A stretch of DNA of 61,965 bases, filler included. It is 16 parts of 16 records of this genome, joined end to end, with 100 filler letters (N's around TTAATTAATTAA, not from the genome) between each part and the next. Parts side by side here need not be neighbours in the genome. Positions count along the whole stretch, not along the records: positions 34,137 to 38,087 come from SRR15195285_18198; positions 38,188 to 41,850 come from SRR15195285_18285; positions 41,951 to 46,004 come from SRR15195285_18409; positions 46,105 to 52,112 come from SRR15195285_18536; 12 more parts are not named here. One strand, written 5' to 3'. This document shows, piece after piece, positions 37,101-47,963 of this stretch. The position numbers and the translations under genes are program-made. How positions within the stretch are numbered: position 1 is the stretch's first letter; each line of letters opens with the position of its first letter. The notes under the pieces are model-generated. The model ran no database searches, had not been told where the DNA came from, and saw only the letters and a list, made by a program, of their open reading frames with translations.

Positions 37101-38087
37101 TCAGACCCCAACTATCAGCTTGGTCGATAGCGCGACTGACACTGTGCTGGACAACACTGCAACAGGACCTGGGTCCCCAAACGGTGAAACTGTGGCAGCA
37201 ACGGCGACGAAAACTAGCCAGGACGTGTCTGAAGATTCGCAGAGCACATACCTCTCTTCGTCTGCCGCTGGTCCGAGAGCGATGACGCCACCGGCCGAGA
37301 TGCCTCTGCCTGGAGGGCCGGCCGCTGCAGCATCTGAGTGCATCGATCTAATTGATGACACAGAAGACTCTGACGACGGAGCGTGTGGCGACACGGTGTC
37401 TCCTGTGGTCGAAGGGCACGCTGGTGGTCAACAGGATCACACGACGGTGACCGCCGACCCACCACCTGGAGCGGCATTACCACCAGTAACAGCACATAGC
37501 GGCAGTGTCACCAGCAACGGTGACCCTCACGATGGCCATCGTGATAGCACCGGTAAGTTACGGTACACCGTCGGGCAGAGGCTTTCAATGCGGTTTCAGC
37601 ACAACGGTGGCTATCAGGGCTGGTACCCAGGAACAATCGCGAAAGTACACGCTGACGAGCCTGGTAGTGGATGCTTCGACATCATGTTTGACGATGGTGG
37701 CGTGGAGAACAACGTCTATGACATCGACCCTGACTTAGTCATTGAGTGGCCTGTTGCTGCCGACAGTGACGCGACAGGCGTCAAGTTGAACAAGCGAAAA
37801 GCCCAAACTGTTGAGTCTGAGGCAGTGGTTGCAGCGATATCACAGAAGCGGAAACGGTCAATTTCCGACGCGTACCCACCAGTGGGTACACAGGTGCGCG
37901 TGAAACACGAAGCCTCTAAAGATTCGTTGGGACGCGCACAGAGCAAGGCCGCCACACAAAAGTGGGGAGGACAGACAGGTGTCGTTGTTGGTAAGCAAGC
38001 ATTTCATGTCATGGTTTTTCCGTGTCGTTGGCACTGCTACCGTCGCTGTTCAGGTTCTATTTCCATTTCTGGACTCACTCGCACCTG
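34137..38087 (+). CDS. Chromatin-associated multidomain protein: PHD finger, 2x BRK-like, 2x Myb/SANT, Tudor-like (partial both ends)
   Basis: PHD 'CVVC..LLCDGCDDGYHLDCL..WFCPTC'; BRK-like 'KGWKAPMKKHLEKFL|WSHPECEVY' (intron about 34844-34954) and 'LWNTETRKRLTGQNRPRRKDLNAFLDRYPKYVLY'; Myb 'WTEEEEQAL', 'GPWSSADDTAL..W..IA..GRSAAGCESRW'; Tudor 'WYPGTI..FDIMFDDG'. Confidence 0.88.
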
Positions 38088-38189
38088 NNNNNNNNNNNNN
38101 NNNNNNNNNNNNNNNNNNNNNNNNNNNNNNNTTAATTAATTAANNNNNNNNNNNNNNNNNNNNNNNNNNNNNNNNNNNNNNNNNNNNGC

Positions 38190-40890
38190 ACGGCGTGCAC
38201 TGAGTGTGCTGAAGGCTTCTTTGTCGACGAACCGTGCAGTGCAACAAGTGACACGGTCTGCACTCCTTGCACCCCAGTCGAGAATAGCATCGGTTCCGAC
38301 ACTCCTGGTGTCACCACAGATGATATTCTGCTGACATGTACCTCTGCATCGTCATCACGGCTCGATCCGAACCAGGCAACAGTGTGCCTCAGCTCCTTCG
38401 TGAAGGTAGAAGCTGCTGATGACACCACCGCTGACGTATGCGCGTGTGCAGGAAACCAGCACCCGGAAAGTCTGGACCAGGTCGCCATATGTGACCTCGA
38501 TATTTCCACAGATGGCTCCGCCGTCTGCCCATTCGGCTGCGAAGAGGGCGATGAAGCAGGACCTGAGTGCAGCATGACCACTGATGGCTGCCCTGCTGGT
38601 TGCACTACCGTTCCAGAGTCTACCATCGAATGTGCGTTCGCGGACGGCACCACAGGTTGTCCCACAGGCTGTACGGAAGATCTTTCAACTGCAGGTAGTG
38701 AGACGTGCACAGGCGGCGCCATCCATACCCCGGAGTCTTGCGAAGGCGAGTCTGATCGAGTACCGACGTGCACTGGTCAATCGACGCAGCAGACGATCTG
38801 CGTTGACAACGTGTGCACATGCAATGGCGCCGATGGTTCTTCCTATGGCACTGCTGCTACCGCAGCCGATAACTGCACTGTACACGACGCCAACATATGC
38901 AACGCCTGCGAAAGTCTCAATGGTTGGCGTTGCACGAACGACGAATGCGGTCCTGACGACAGCGATCGTGGCTGCGAACCTTCGTGTGTGTGCGAATCAG
39001 GTGGCATCCCTACCACTTCATGCTCCAGGTCAGACATTGATTCGTGCGCGTCTTGCGACGACTCAGACCCGAACGATAACATTCTGGAAAGGTGGCTTGA
39101 AACCGTCGCGGGCACGGACGAAGTAACGTGCTCAGCCTGCTCAAACGACCTCGTGTGCGCCCCTGGACAAGGGTTCAGTGCGTGCACAGAGACGGCAGAT
39201 GCTGCATGCAGTGCTTGTGCTGACGGACAGGCGTTCCAGGCTGAAGCCGACAGCACTGCTGCATGCACGGCGTGCGGAGATGAGTGCCCTGTGGGTACGT
39301 ACTTGTCTTCGCCATGCGTGGCGGAGGCCGATCGAGTTTGCACCAACTGCACTCTCCCAGAGAATGCACAGCTTGCGGACGGGGTCACGTATACATGTGT
39401 GGGTAACGAGACGGCAGTCGCGTCTGCCGAATTCCCGGAGCAGTCACTCACTCTTACGGGAGGGGTAGAAGTTGCCGGAGGCGACGGAACGTCAGCGCGC
39501 GCTGCATTCGAAGAGAGCTTCAAGACCGATCTGGCCACTAAGCTCGCAGACCTCGGTCTTGACGTGGATCCGAAGTACATCCAGATCACCGGTGTGGTCT
39601 TGGGATCGATCCGCGTTGAGTACATCATCCTGGCCCCGATCGCAAGCTTCGAGAACGCAACGGCGGCTCTGACATCGATCGCCGAGCAGGCGGCGGCAGG
39701 TACACTTGGTTCCATCGGTGGCACCAGTGCCGCGAGCGCCCAAGATCCAGTAGTGGAACCAGACATGAGCTCGGTGCCGTCGCCATGCAAGAAGGGTTTT
39801 TCGCTCGTGAGCGGCGTCTGCACCTCGATGCTGTGCGGCGAGGACGAGAGGGTGCTTGACAACGAGGTGCGAGGCGAAAACGCAGAGAAAGTCTCGCTCG
39901 CAATGCTGTTTACATTTGTGCCTGCGTATGTGTGTTTGCCGCAGTGCGTTCCGTGTGACGACTCAGTGCGCGAATTCCATGCACCCGGGGCTTTGCAAGG
40001 TTTCAACGACACGCAGTGTACACCCGCCTGCGTAAGTGCCTCGTTCTCTTCTGCGCCGCTTATTTGGCGATTAAATGTTGATAGAGTCGTGGTGGCTTGC
40101 GCTGGTACTTGCAGGCCGTGGTTTTACACGACAATGGCGTCATGGGTGACTGCGACTCCATCCTGAAGGTTGGATCGTCTTGCACCCTCGGGTGTCAAGA
40201 GGGATTTGAATTCGTGGACAGGATGAAACGTGAGACTCGAACAGCCATCAACGCAGGCTGTAACGCGCGACTGCGCGTACAAGAGAGGCACATTGAGCGA
40301 TTCAGTTTCGCAGAGACTCATTTGTCTCCTGTATGTGTCGAATATCGTAGGCACTGGACCTGCTGGTCTTGGCGCCCGAATCAAGGTTCCGCGCCATCCA
40401 TATTGCAGGGAAAGCAGGGAGGAGGAGTTCATGAGCGAGCTGCAGGTGGACGTAGAATGCGTGGAGGAGGCGTCACTGCTGGGCGTCTTCATTATCCTCG
40501 TCGTAATGGTGCTCATTCCAGTACGTGCCCCCCGCCCCCGCCCCCGCCTCGGCGCCCTGTGGCTTGCCTGCAGTCACGCGAATCCTACTGCCATCATGTG
40601 ACATGGATGGAGCTGCAGCAAAGGATCCTAGAGCCACGTGCAGCCGTCTTGCTTACTGCGTTCGTGCTGTGCTGTGTGCGCAGACTGCGATAGCGGCAGC
40701 CAAGTACTTCCGGCAGTTCGCGGACTACAAGAAAAAGGTCGCGCGCGGCTACAAGTGGGACGGGAAAGGCAACGCCATCGCACCTGCCGGTGAGCAGGAT
40801 GTCATGGACGTCGAAAGTACAGCGGGGTCCATGGAAGAAACCAGTAACCCTGTTGCTGAGGGTGCCGACGAGTACGAGATGGAGACATGA
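38190..40890 (+). CDS. Type I membrane protein with TNFR-like Cys repeats and SEA-like domain, multi-exon (5' partial)
   Basis: 'CTECAEGFFVDEPCSATSDTVC', 'CPVGTYLSSPCVAEADRVC'; 'AFEESFKTDLA..IQITGVVLGSIRVEY'; TM 'LLGVFIILVVMVLIP|TAIAAA'; acidic cytosolic tail ending at 40890. Confidence 0.8.
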
Positions 40891-41142
40891 TGAGGCGCCG
40901 AGAAGCTCCACCGGAGCGAGAGTAATCCATTATTTTGTGCCGTTTTAGACAGCCCTTACCGCCATCTGCCTTCACTCGGTTCACGCACACTGCGGGCCAC
41001 GTCGTGCAAGAACGGTGCGCGAGTGCGCGAGTGGACGCCCTCGTACTGGGTATAACCAGTACTCCCAACCTGAAGCGGCAAGGCTGTTGACTATTCGTGC
41101 GGTATGAAGAGACAGGACCTCTGCTGTCGAGACCAAACGTTG

Positions 41143-41664
41143 CTACGCCTCCGTGACGCGCTCAGCGTCAGCATCCCGGTGCTTTTCCTCCACATTGCTC
41201 TGCTGGACGGTATCATCAGCATCCCGCTCCTTCTCCTGCACGGCGGCACCCGGCGGCAGCTTCCATGCAACCTCTCGCGTCGCCACGTTGCAGTAATACG
41301 TGCGGCCACTCCCCTGATCTACATGCTCCGAGAACACACCCGCCTGCTTCATCTCCGGCTGGGATTCAGTAGGCGGGACTCTGCCAAAATCCCTTGCAAG
41401 GGCTTCCGGATACAATGTCCAGCGTGCGGCCAAGCCTAGCTGCAGGGCGCCCAAAGTGAGCATGCAGCACGCAGATTCGGCCATCGAAAGCTCGCATTGG
41501 GCGCATCTCGGGGTGGCCGTGGCCAGGGCGGCTCCCGTACCCCCCGCTGCTACGACCACGCCTACTCGTCGCCGCACACCATCGCCAATCGAAGCACCAC
41601 CACCACGGCCACGCAGGGCGGCGAAGTAGTACTGACGCCCGTGAGCGACAGCGCCAGCCCACAT
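41143..41664 (-). CDS. WW-domain-containing protein, 3' part
   Basis: 'FSEHVDQGSGRTYYCNVATREVAWKLP' (about 41255-41340) fits a WW domain with the first Trp replaced by Phe. Exon structure upstream is unclear. Confidence 0.6.
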   Translation of the reverse strand: MWAGAVAHGRQYYFAALRGRGGGASIGDGVRRRVGVVVAAGGTGAALATATPRCAQCELSMAESACCMLTLGALQLGLAARWTLYPEALARDFGRVPPTESQPEMKQAGVFSEHVDQGSGRTYYCNVATREVAWKLPPGAAVQEKERDADDTVQQSNVEEKHRDADAERVTEA

Positions 41665-41950
41665 CAGGTCGATTCGCAGTGCTAGTACGCTGCCATCCCA
41701 CTCAACGCTGTGGGGGGCTTCAAAACGCGGCGACCTCTCCCCCAGTCAATTGTATGGGAGGGTTTCTCGGTGCTATACGCTCTGCTGACGCGCTGAGTTT
41801 ACACCCTCAGCCGAAGGGTATCACAGAATGGTAGTATTTTCCAATACAGANNNNNNNNNNNNNNNNNNNNNNNNNNNNNNNNNNNNNNNNNNNNTTAATT
41901 AATTAANNNNNNNNNNNNNNNNNNNNNNNNNNNNNNNNNNNNNNNNNNNN

Positions 41951-42719
41951 GCGGCGAGATCACCTTGTACTCCGTGAGCCCAGGTGAGAGCGCGGTCGGC
42001 ACGGGCGCATCCGGGTCGCCCTTCGGATCGACAATTGGCTTCCAATTCTCGTGGTCGATCGAGAGGAGATGGCTGGACGGAATGACTGCGGTGGGTCCCA
42101 TTTCTAGGCTCGCACCACCTGGGTAGTACCTGTTTCCACGCAACACAGAAGTCTTAGCGTCCACAACATCGCAGAATTCCAATGGACGTTTTGGGCTGAG
42201 TAGGTACATGATCATTGCCCAGCGAACGCGGTGGTGGCGCACGGGGCCGTGCCCGGACTGTCCGTCCTTGTGAAACTGCTGGAAGCCACCTAGACCGGTC
42301 ACGTGCATGTGGCGGTGTGCATGCATCACGTAACCCGGCCCGAGCACTGATTCGAGGGCACCAGCACAGGTCGGCCCTGTGAAGAGCTCGCGCAGCTCCG
42401 GCATCGCAGAGTAGATGTTGTTCGAGGAACCAGGCCAGCGGCCCGAGTTGTGGTGCTCCTGCGCGCGCTCAGCGATCGCCGCGTGATATGAGGCCGGCAG
42501 GTGTTCCATGACATCGAGCTCGACCACGCCGTTGCGGATGAATTCCTGCAGGCGCTCGTCCGAAAGCAAGCCCTTGGTGGCGCTGGCTACCACCGATCCC
42601 TGCTGGACATCGTCCGACGGCAACTCCACCGACGACGCCGACGGCGCGCGCACAGCGCCACCACCGAGTAGCTGCCTGTGGACTGAAGCCAAGCGGCGTG
42701 CCGCCGTGCGATCCGCCAT
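41951..42719 (-). CDS. Phytanoyl-CoA dioxygenase (PhyH)-family Fe/2OG oxygenase (3' partial), possible mitochondrial presequence
   Basis: 'LLSDERLQEFIRNG', 'GALESVLGPGY', HxD 'FHKDG', 'YYP..MGPTAVIPSSH'; N-terminus MADRTAARRLASVHRQL; one in-frame intron. Confidence 0.85.
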
Positions 42720-43123
42720 CCAAATGCGCTCCAAATCCAGCAACTGTGCGCGGCGGGCTCGTTGAGAACGCTTTGCACGCAGGCAGTGTATAATATAGTC
42801 CGCCGGTAGACCTACCGCGCGGTACAGTACACCGGAGCAGAGCCTTCAAGCCTACTATGTAGTATCCGGTTCAGGAAGAGCTCTAGGATTCTACCGAGTA
42901 CCGCGGTATAATATCGGATCCAATATCGTACGCCGGTACTGCGCGCCGGCGCACGCGAGCGCCCGTACATACGTATATGTAAAATTTATCCGGAATACGT
43001 ACCCGACGGCGAGCGCGAGCACGCGCGAGCACGGCGCATCCGTCTAACGCTCAGGATCGCGAGCTTTTGCTGGGCTGCGCGCTCGCGTGCGTTTGCTAGG
43101 GGCGAGCTATCCGTCGCGGTAAT

Positions 43124-44309
43124 ATGGCTGCCCGGGCGATGACGCCTGGCGAGCTTGCAGACCCACCATGCGTGTCCAGCGTGCCGATTCTGGGCACTGC
43201 ACCGTCAACTATGGAGGAGTACTGGTTTGACCTGCGTGGCTACACTGTGCTCGACAACGCGCTCTCTCAGCTCGAGCTGACCGCGATCAACAAATGGGTG
43301 GACGAGCGCGAGGAGGTGATCCGGACGATCATGCGCACCGATCCGATCGACTACATGCCAATCGAGCCGTCCATCTCCCTGGGCGGCATGTACGTGCAGT
43401 CTTATCACAACGGCGAGCGCAACCATCGATCGCAGGTGGATGACACGGTCGATGATGGCGTGAACCTTCAGTTTCCGTATGAGACAGGTCTCGACGTGTT
43501 CGAAAGCCTGATTGACCACGAGAGTTGGATGGACCGCGTGCGCCACTACCTTGGCGTTGGCTCCCAGCCGTATTTGCACGAACTCTTCCTTAATCTGCGC
43601 GGCGAAGGTGGCTATATTGGGTGTCATGGAGGAGGGCCGCAGTTCACCCACACGGGAGAAATCCTACGGTCGCCGTGGGGAGCCGCTGTGCACCGCACTG
43701 GTGAGACTGGGCACGATCCGCACGCCGGCCAAGGGACGCACCGTGGTCACCACGTCCAGTGGGCAGTTCCATATCTCTCGATCATCGTAGCACTCAATGA
43801 CATCGGTCCAGGCGACGGGGCAACTGTTTGCATACCAGGCAGCCACAAAAGTCTCGTTGGCCATCCTTTTCAACAGGCGATGGTGACCGAGGGAGGCAAA
43901 GTTGAAGGGGCGCAGGAGATGCACCTCACAGCGGGCCAAGCGCTGTTGTTTCAAGACAGTCTGGTGCACGGGGCGGCAGCTCGGGTCAATTCGGACGGCT
44001 GGCGGCGTACGCTGTGTTTCCGCTACTTGCCGCAAGAATACTCTACCGACCGTTTTGGTAACAAACACTCCCAAAACTGTCATGGCCTGCACCGGTTCTT
44101 TCATCATTTTGAACTGCATGAACTGTGTTCGAGCAGGACATGCCCCCAGCAGGGCTCTCATGGAACGCTTGACTCCAGCACGCCGGGCAATACTCACACA
44201 GCGTGCCACGGAGCATGACCCATGGGGGCAGAGCCACCTTAAGCTAGTTGAGGCTGCGCGACCGCTCGATGCGGGGGAGCCAGGGCACACCTACAGTGCC
44301 AAGATCTAA
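43124..44309 (+). CDS. PhyH-family Fe/2OG oxygenase with H-x-G motif
   Basis: 'EEYWFDLRGYTVLDNALS', 'LIDHESW', 'CHGGG', 'ALNDIGPGDGATVCIPGSHKS', 'AGQALLFQDSLVHG..RRTLCFRY'. An intron at about 44059-44136 joins the last exon 'HAPSRALMERLTPARRAIL'. Confidence 0.88.
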
Positions 44310-44376
44310 TTCGACAACTGAACAAGCAAGCCTCTGCGCACAAGACCTATTTTCCATCACAATCATACAGACGACA

Positions 44377-45901
44377 TTACAGCGAGTCGCTGCCGTTGAG
44401 CCAAGCCACCGTAGCTGCCTCCATGCCACTGTCACAGGAGTCGAAGGTCCAAAAGCCAACCTGCGAAATTCCCAGCTTGACCGCGGTTTTGAGCTGAGAC
44501 GTTGTACTCTCAGCCTCTGTGCCGTATCGAATCCTTGGGTGACCGTACGCATCCGTGTACATGTAACTGGTCCGCCACGCCGCTGGAGCAGTCAGCCTTT
44601 CGCTGGCTGAGTGTCTAGAGCGCGCACGCAAAGGCTGAAGGACGGCAAACCTTCCTACTGCCTTACGTGTAGATTTGTGAGAAGTAATCCCATATGGGCT
44701 CAATGCTGGAGCAACTTTGTATCGCACCGACAGCGGTGGAGTTGCACATTGGTTCAGTGCGTTTCGGCGGCCCTATCCCTGCCTGGGAACCATTGCCGCC
44801 GCCCCACCCAGGTAGCGCCGAATAGTCGTTGCTGTAGGCAGGCAGTCCCATCACAAGCTTGTCCTTGGGCACACGTGCTGCCCACCACTCCATACTGGCT
44901 GCTGCCCATGGTGTAGTGGATGTAGGCCCCATGCCAGCACAGTCGGGTCGGGAGGCGATAGCGGAAAGGCCGCGCCCTCCAACGTAGTACCTGCAGGGCA
45001 CGAATCTCAACAAGCAGTACGGCAAATACTCCAGAGCTTCAAGGACAACGGAGCCCGTCGCATGCTCACATATCATAATTCATCACGCGAACAACATCGT
45101 TGGTCTCTCCGACCACCTAAGCAGCTCCGTGTGAGACTGGACCTATTTCGCACCAACAACATGCGGACCGTGGTCGTGTACCTTTGGATCGTAGTAGACC
45201 GCAATGCCTCCGTCACGCGTAGGGTACGATCCCACACACTCACTCATCTTGAATCCCTTCGCATGTAGCGCAGACGAAAGTGTCCGCAAGAAATTCGAGT
45301 ACTTGCTGGTGAGTTCCGCTGCGAAGCTCTTGTTCAGTGGATCTGCAAAGTCCGGCCCCCACGTTTCTGGGTGCTCGAAGTCTAGGTCTACCCCGGTCTC
45401 CCCTGTGGCCTCGAGTTGTTTGAAAACGTAGGCCACGGTGTTATTGACGGCCTCTTTGGTCCAGAACGAGTTCCAGTTGCCACCCCAGAGAAAGTACGTG
45501 TCGATTCCCATCGACTTGAGCTCCGCATTGAATTGAGTTGCACTGATGTTCGCGGACCCAGGCGGACCGTATCCGATGATGGAAAGAGAGCCGACATGGT
45601 CCTTGTTTTTCTGCAAGACAGCCACAATCAGGCAGGAGCCACAGCCAGTTCAGAGCACCCGTGCGGACAGCAAGAAGCAGGCAGCAGCGGTGCGTGCGCA
45701 GAAATGAGTCGAAAATTCATGTGCAAAAAATTCTACCTTGACCCAAGACAGGGCCTTTGTGAGATCGTCGCCCATCGGACCCCCAGTGCCCGGCTTGACC
45801 CACGTTGAGAGCTTCCTCTGGCCCGGCACGCTGGCAGAAGAAGGAACAGCGATGAATAGTGAAAGCAGCCAGACGCGCAGCAGCAGCATCCGACCCGCCA
45901 T
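44377..45901 (-). CDS. Secreted GH18 chitinase-like glycoside hydrolase, multi-exon
   Basis: Signal peptide MLLLRVWLLSLFIAV; catalytic DxDxE 'GVDLDFEHP'; 'LSSALHAKG'; 'VPKDKLVMGLPAY'; 'LGISQVGFWT'. Confidence 0.85.
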
Positions 45902-46104
45902 CCACCTCTGCGACGCGCGCCGCGGGCGCAGTATACTGAGTGCTGTACGCCCGAGTCAGGGCCCCAGATCATATAATTTCTCATACAATTTCTCATAAAA
46001 TCAGNNNNNNNNNNNNNNNNNNNNNNNNNNNNNNNNNNNNNNNNNNNNTTAATTAATTAANNNNNNNNNNNNNNNNNNNNNNNNNNNNNNNNNNNNNNNN
46101 NNNN

Positions 46105-47358
46105 GCCCTCCCGGCAGCTGCCAAGGAGCAGACGGGCCCTCAGCGGCGCGTGATCGCTGCCCAGGGAGGCGAAACGCTGGCGTGCATCGCACCAGATGGG
46201 TCCTGTGAGTGGTCGATGCCGATCGGCCAGTGTCACGAGCTCTACGTCCTCCCCAGTGGCAATATCCTGGCCCAAGATGGATGGACTCACGTTGTCGAAT
46301 ACAGTGCGGACCGGTCCGAGGTTGTCTGTGCGCCGCACGATCTTCAGCTGAACCCAGTCCTCGATCGGACCAGCTCGATACGTCGATAGGACCTCACTGT
46401 ACACGCGTGTCGTCCGGGCGCTGCCACGCAGGGGAGTTTGACGCCAAGGCTAACGACCCAAACCGTGCGGTTGAGATCCACGGATTCCAAAGGCTGGAGG
46501 ACGGTGCCACTATGATCGTGGAGACTTCAGGAGACGGGTACGACTGCCGCGTAATGGAAATTGAGGCTGATGGGTCGGTTCGGCTGGAGTTTCCACTGGT
46601 TACAAACGAGCGGAATACCCACGCGGACACTCGAAATGCGACCAAGACCAAGGTGGGGACCTATCTTGTTGCGCACGAGAACGATGGTGCAGTGCGTGAG
46701 TACTCTGCAGATGGTAGTGGAGAGGTAGTGTGGGAGTTCCATGTCCCTCTCTTTGGCAAGGCACGCGAGAACGGGACTGATGGCCATGGACCCACGGCCT
46801 TTGGTACGCGCAGCCCTGTAAACTAGAAACGAGTCCGCATTCGCGGTTCAATTTGTCAGCGCCAGTGCAACATTGCCTTTGTCCTCTGGCGCGATACGGC
46901 TTTACTGCAGCGCTCACACTTTTGGTCCGTGGGTTAGGCAACAAGTGCTACTCGGCTGTACGACTCGACAATGGCAACACTCTAATCGGCGGTGGAAACG
47001 GCCACTGCGTCCTAGAGGTCACTCCGACGAAAGAAATCATTTGGTCGATCTTTCAGCACGACCTGCCTGGTATCGTGTTGGCTTGGGTGACGCAGGTCAA
47101 GCGCAAGTCGAACGGCAACACACAAATCGTGAACTGCCACGCCGGCCCAGACAATCCGCACATCATCGAGATAAACGCAGCGAAGGAAGTGGTATGGACG
47201 TGGTGCGACTTCAGCCGCACGCTTATCAGATAATCGTCGCGCTGCCGAATTCTGCCGAATTCTGATTGCTGTGCGATTTTGGCTGCAGGAAAGACTGGGA
47301 GACGTTCGGCAACGCCATGCCTGTGGCCGTTGTCTTCGACGAGGATGACGCAGTTTGA
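46105..47358 (+). CDS. Beta-propeller protein (arylsulfotransferase/PQQ-repeat-like, bacterial type), multi-exon (5' partial)
   Basis: Repeated blades 'HELYVLPSGNIL', 'HGFQRLEDGATMI', 'AVREYSADG..VVWEF', 'YSAVRLDNGNTLI..VLEVTPTKEIIW', 'NGNTQIVNCHAG..IIEINAAKEVVW'; stop at 47356-47358. Confidence 0.75.
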
Positions 47359-47619
47359 GTAGTAGGTCCAGATCTGACGACGGCGTTGCTTAGCTTAGAA
47401 GCTACTGGTTGGGGCTGACCCGCCCGTGTTAAAACAAGAATGGTGGCCCCGATGGCGCCGACCGTTCGCCTGGCCGTAGCTTCGCAGCCCCTTGCGACTG
47501 TCTGTCAGACCACCCCTCCACTGCACAGCCGCGTCCATAGAGAGCTTGATATGGCATCTTCCATCGACAATGCCCAGATTGTACCAATCTGTTCTCGCGA
47601 GTGCCCCGCGCGCGCGCGG

Positions 47620-47885
47620 CTAGATCTACGGTACCTGGTAGTAGTACTACTATACTAGTATATCCAATATAGTAGAGCATATGATCAAGATATATGTAGT
47701 ACTACCTTCAGGTAGTACTATATATTATATGTATGATGCACGCCGGCACGCAGTTGGTTCAAGTCCTGAGAAATGTACTCTCGGCAGTATGAAATGTAGG
47801 TACAAATGGACGCATGTGCAACCATGTACTAGTAGTGCATGCGCGCGCGCGATGCATGCATGCGCGTGCTGGTCGCGCGCGCTTC
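47620..47885. promoter_or_regulatory. Palindrome- and RY-rich intergenic/promoter region
   Basis: Hairpin tagtactacct-tc-aggtagtacta (47697-47720), palindrome tagtagtactacta, and alternating purine-pyrimidine tract gcatgcgcgcgcgcgatgcatgcatgcgcg (about 47837-47866), all upstream of ATG 47964. Confidence 0.4.
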
Positions 47886-47963
47886 TTCACACACGAGAGC
47901 TGGCACCGACTAGATCTACTTCTACAGCCGAACAGCCGTGCCTACGTGCTGGTCTTGCTAGGC

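Noticed and set aside
38843-40012. Long antisense ORFs (e.g. 389 aa here; also 20258-20893, 31994-32719, 60258-61010)
   Set aside because: Shadow frames of GC-rich real genes on the other strand, with no recognisable motifs.
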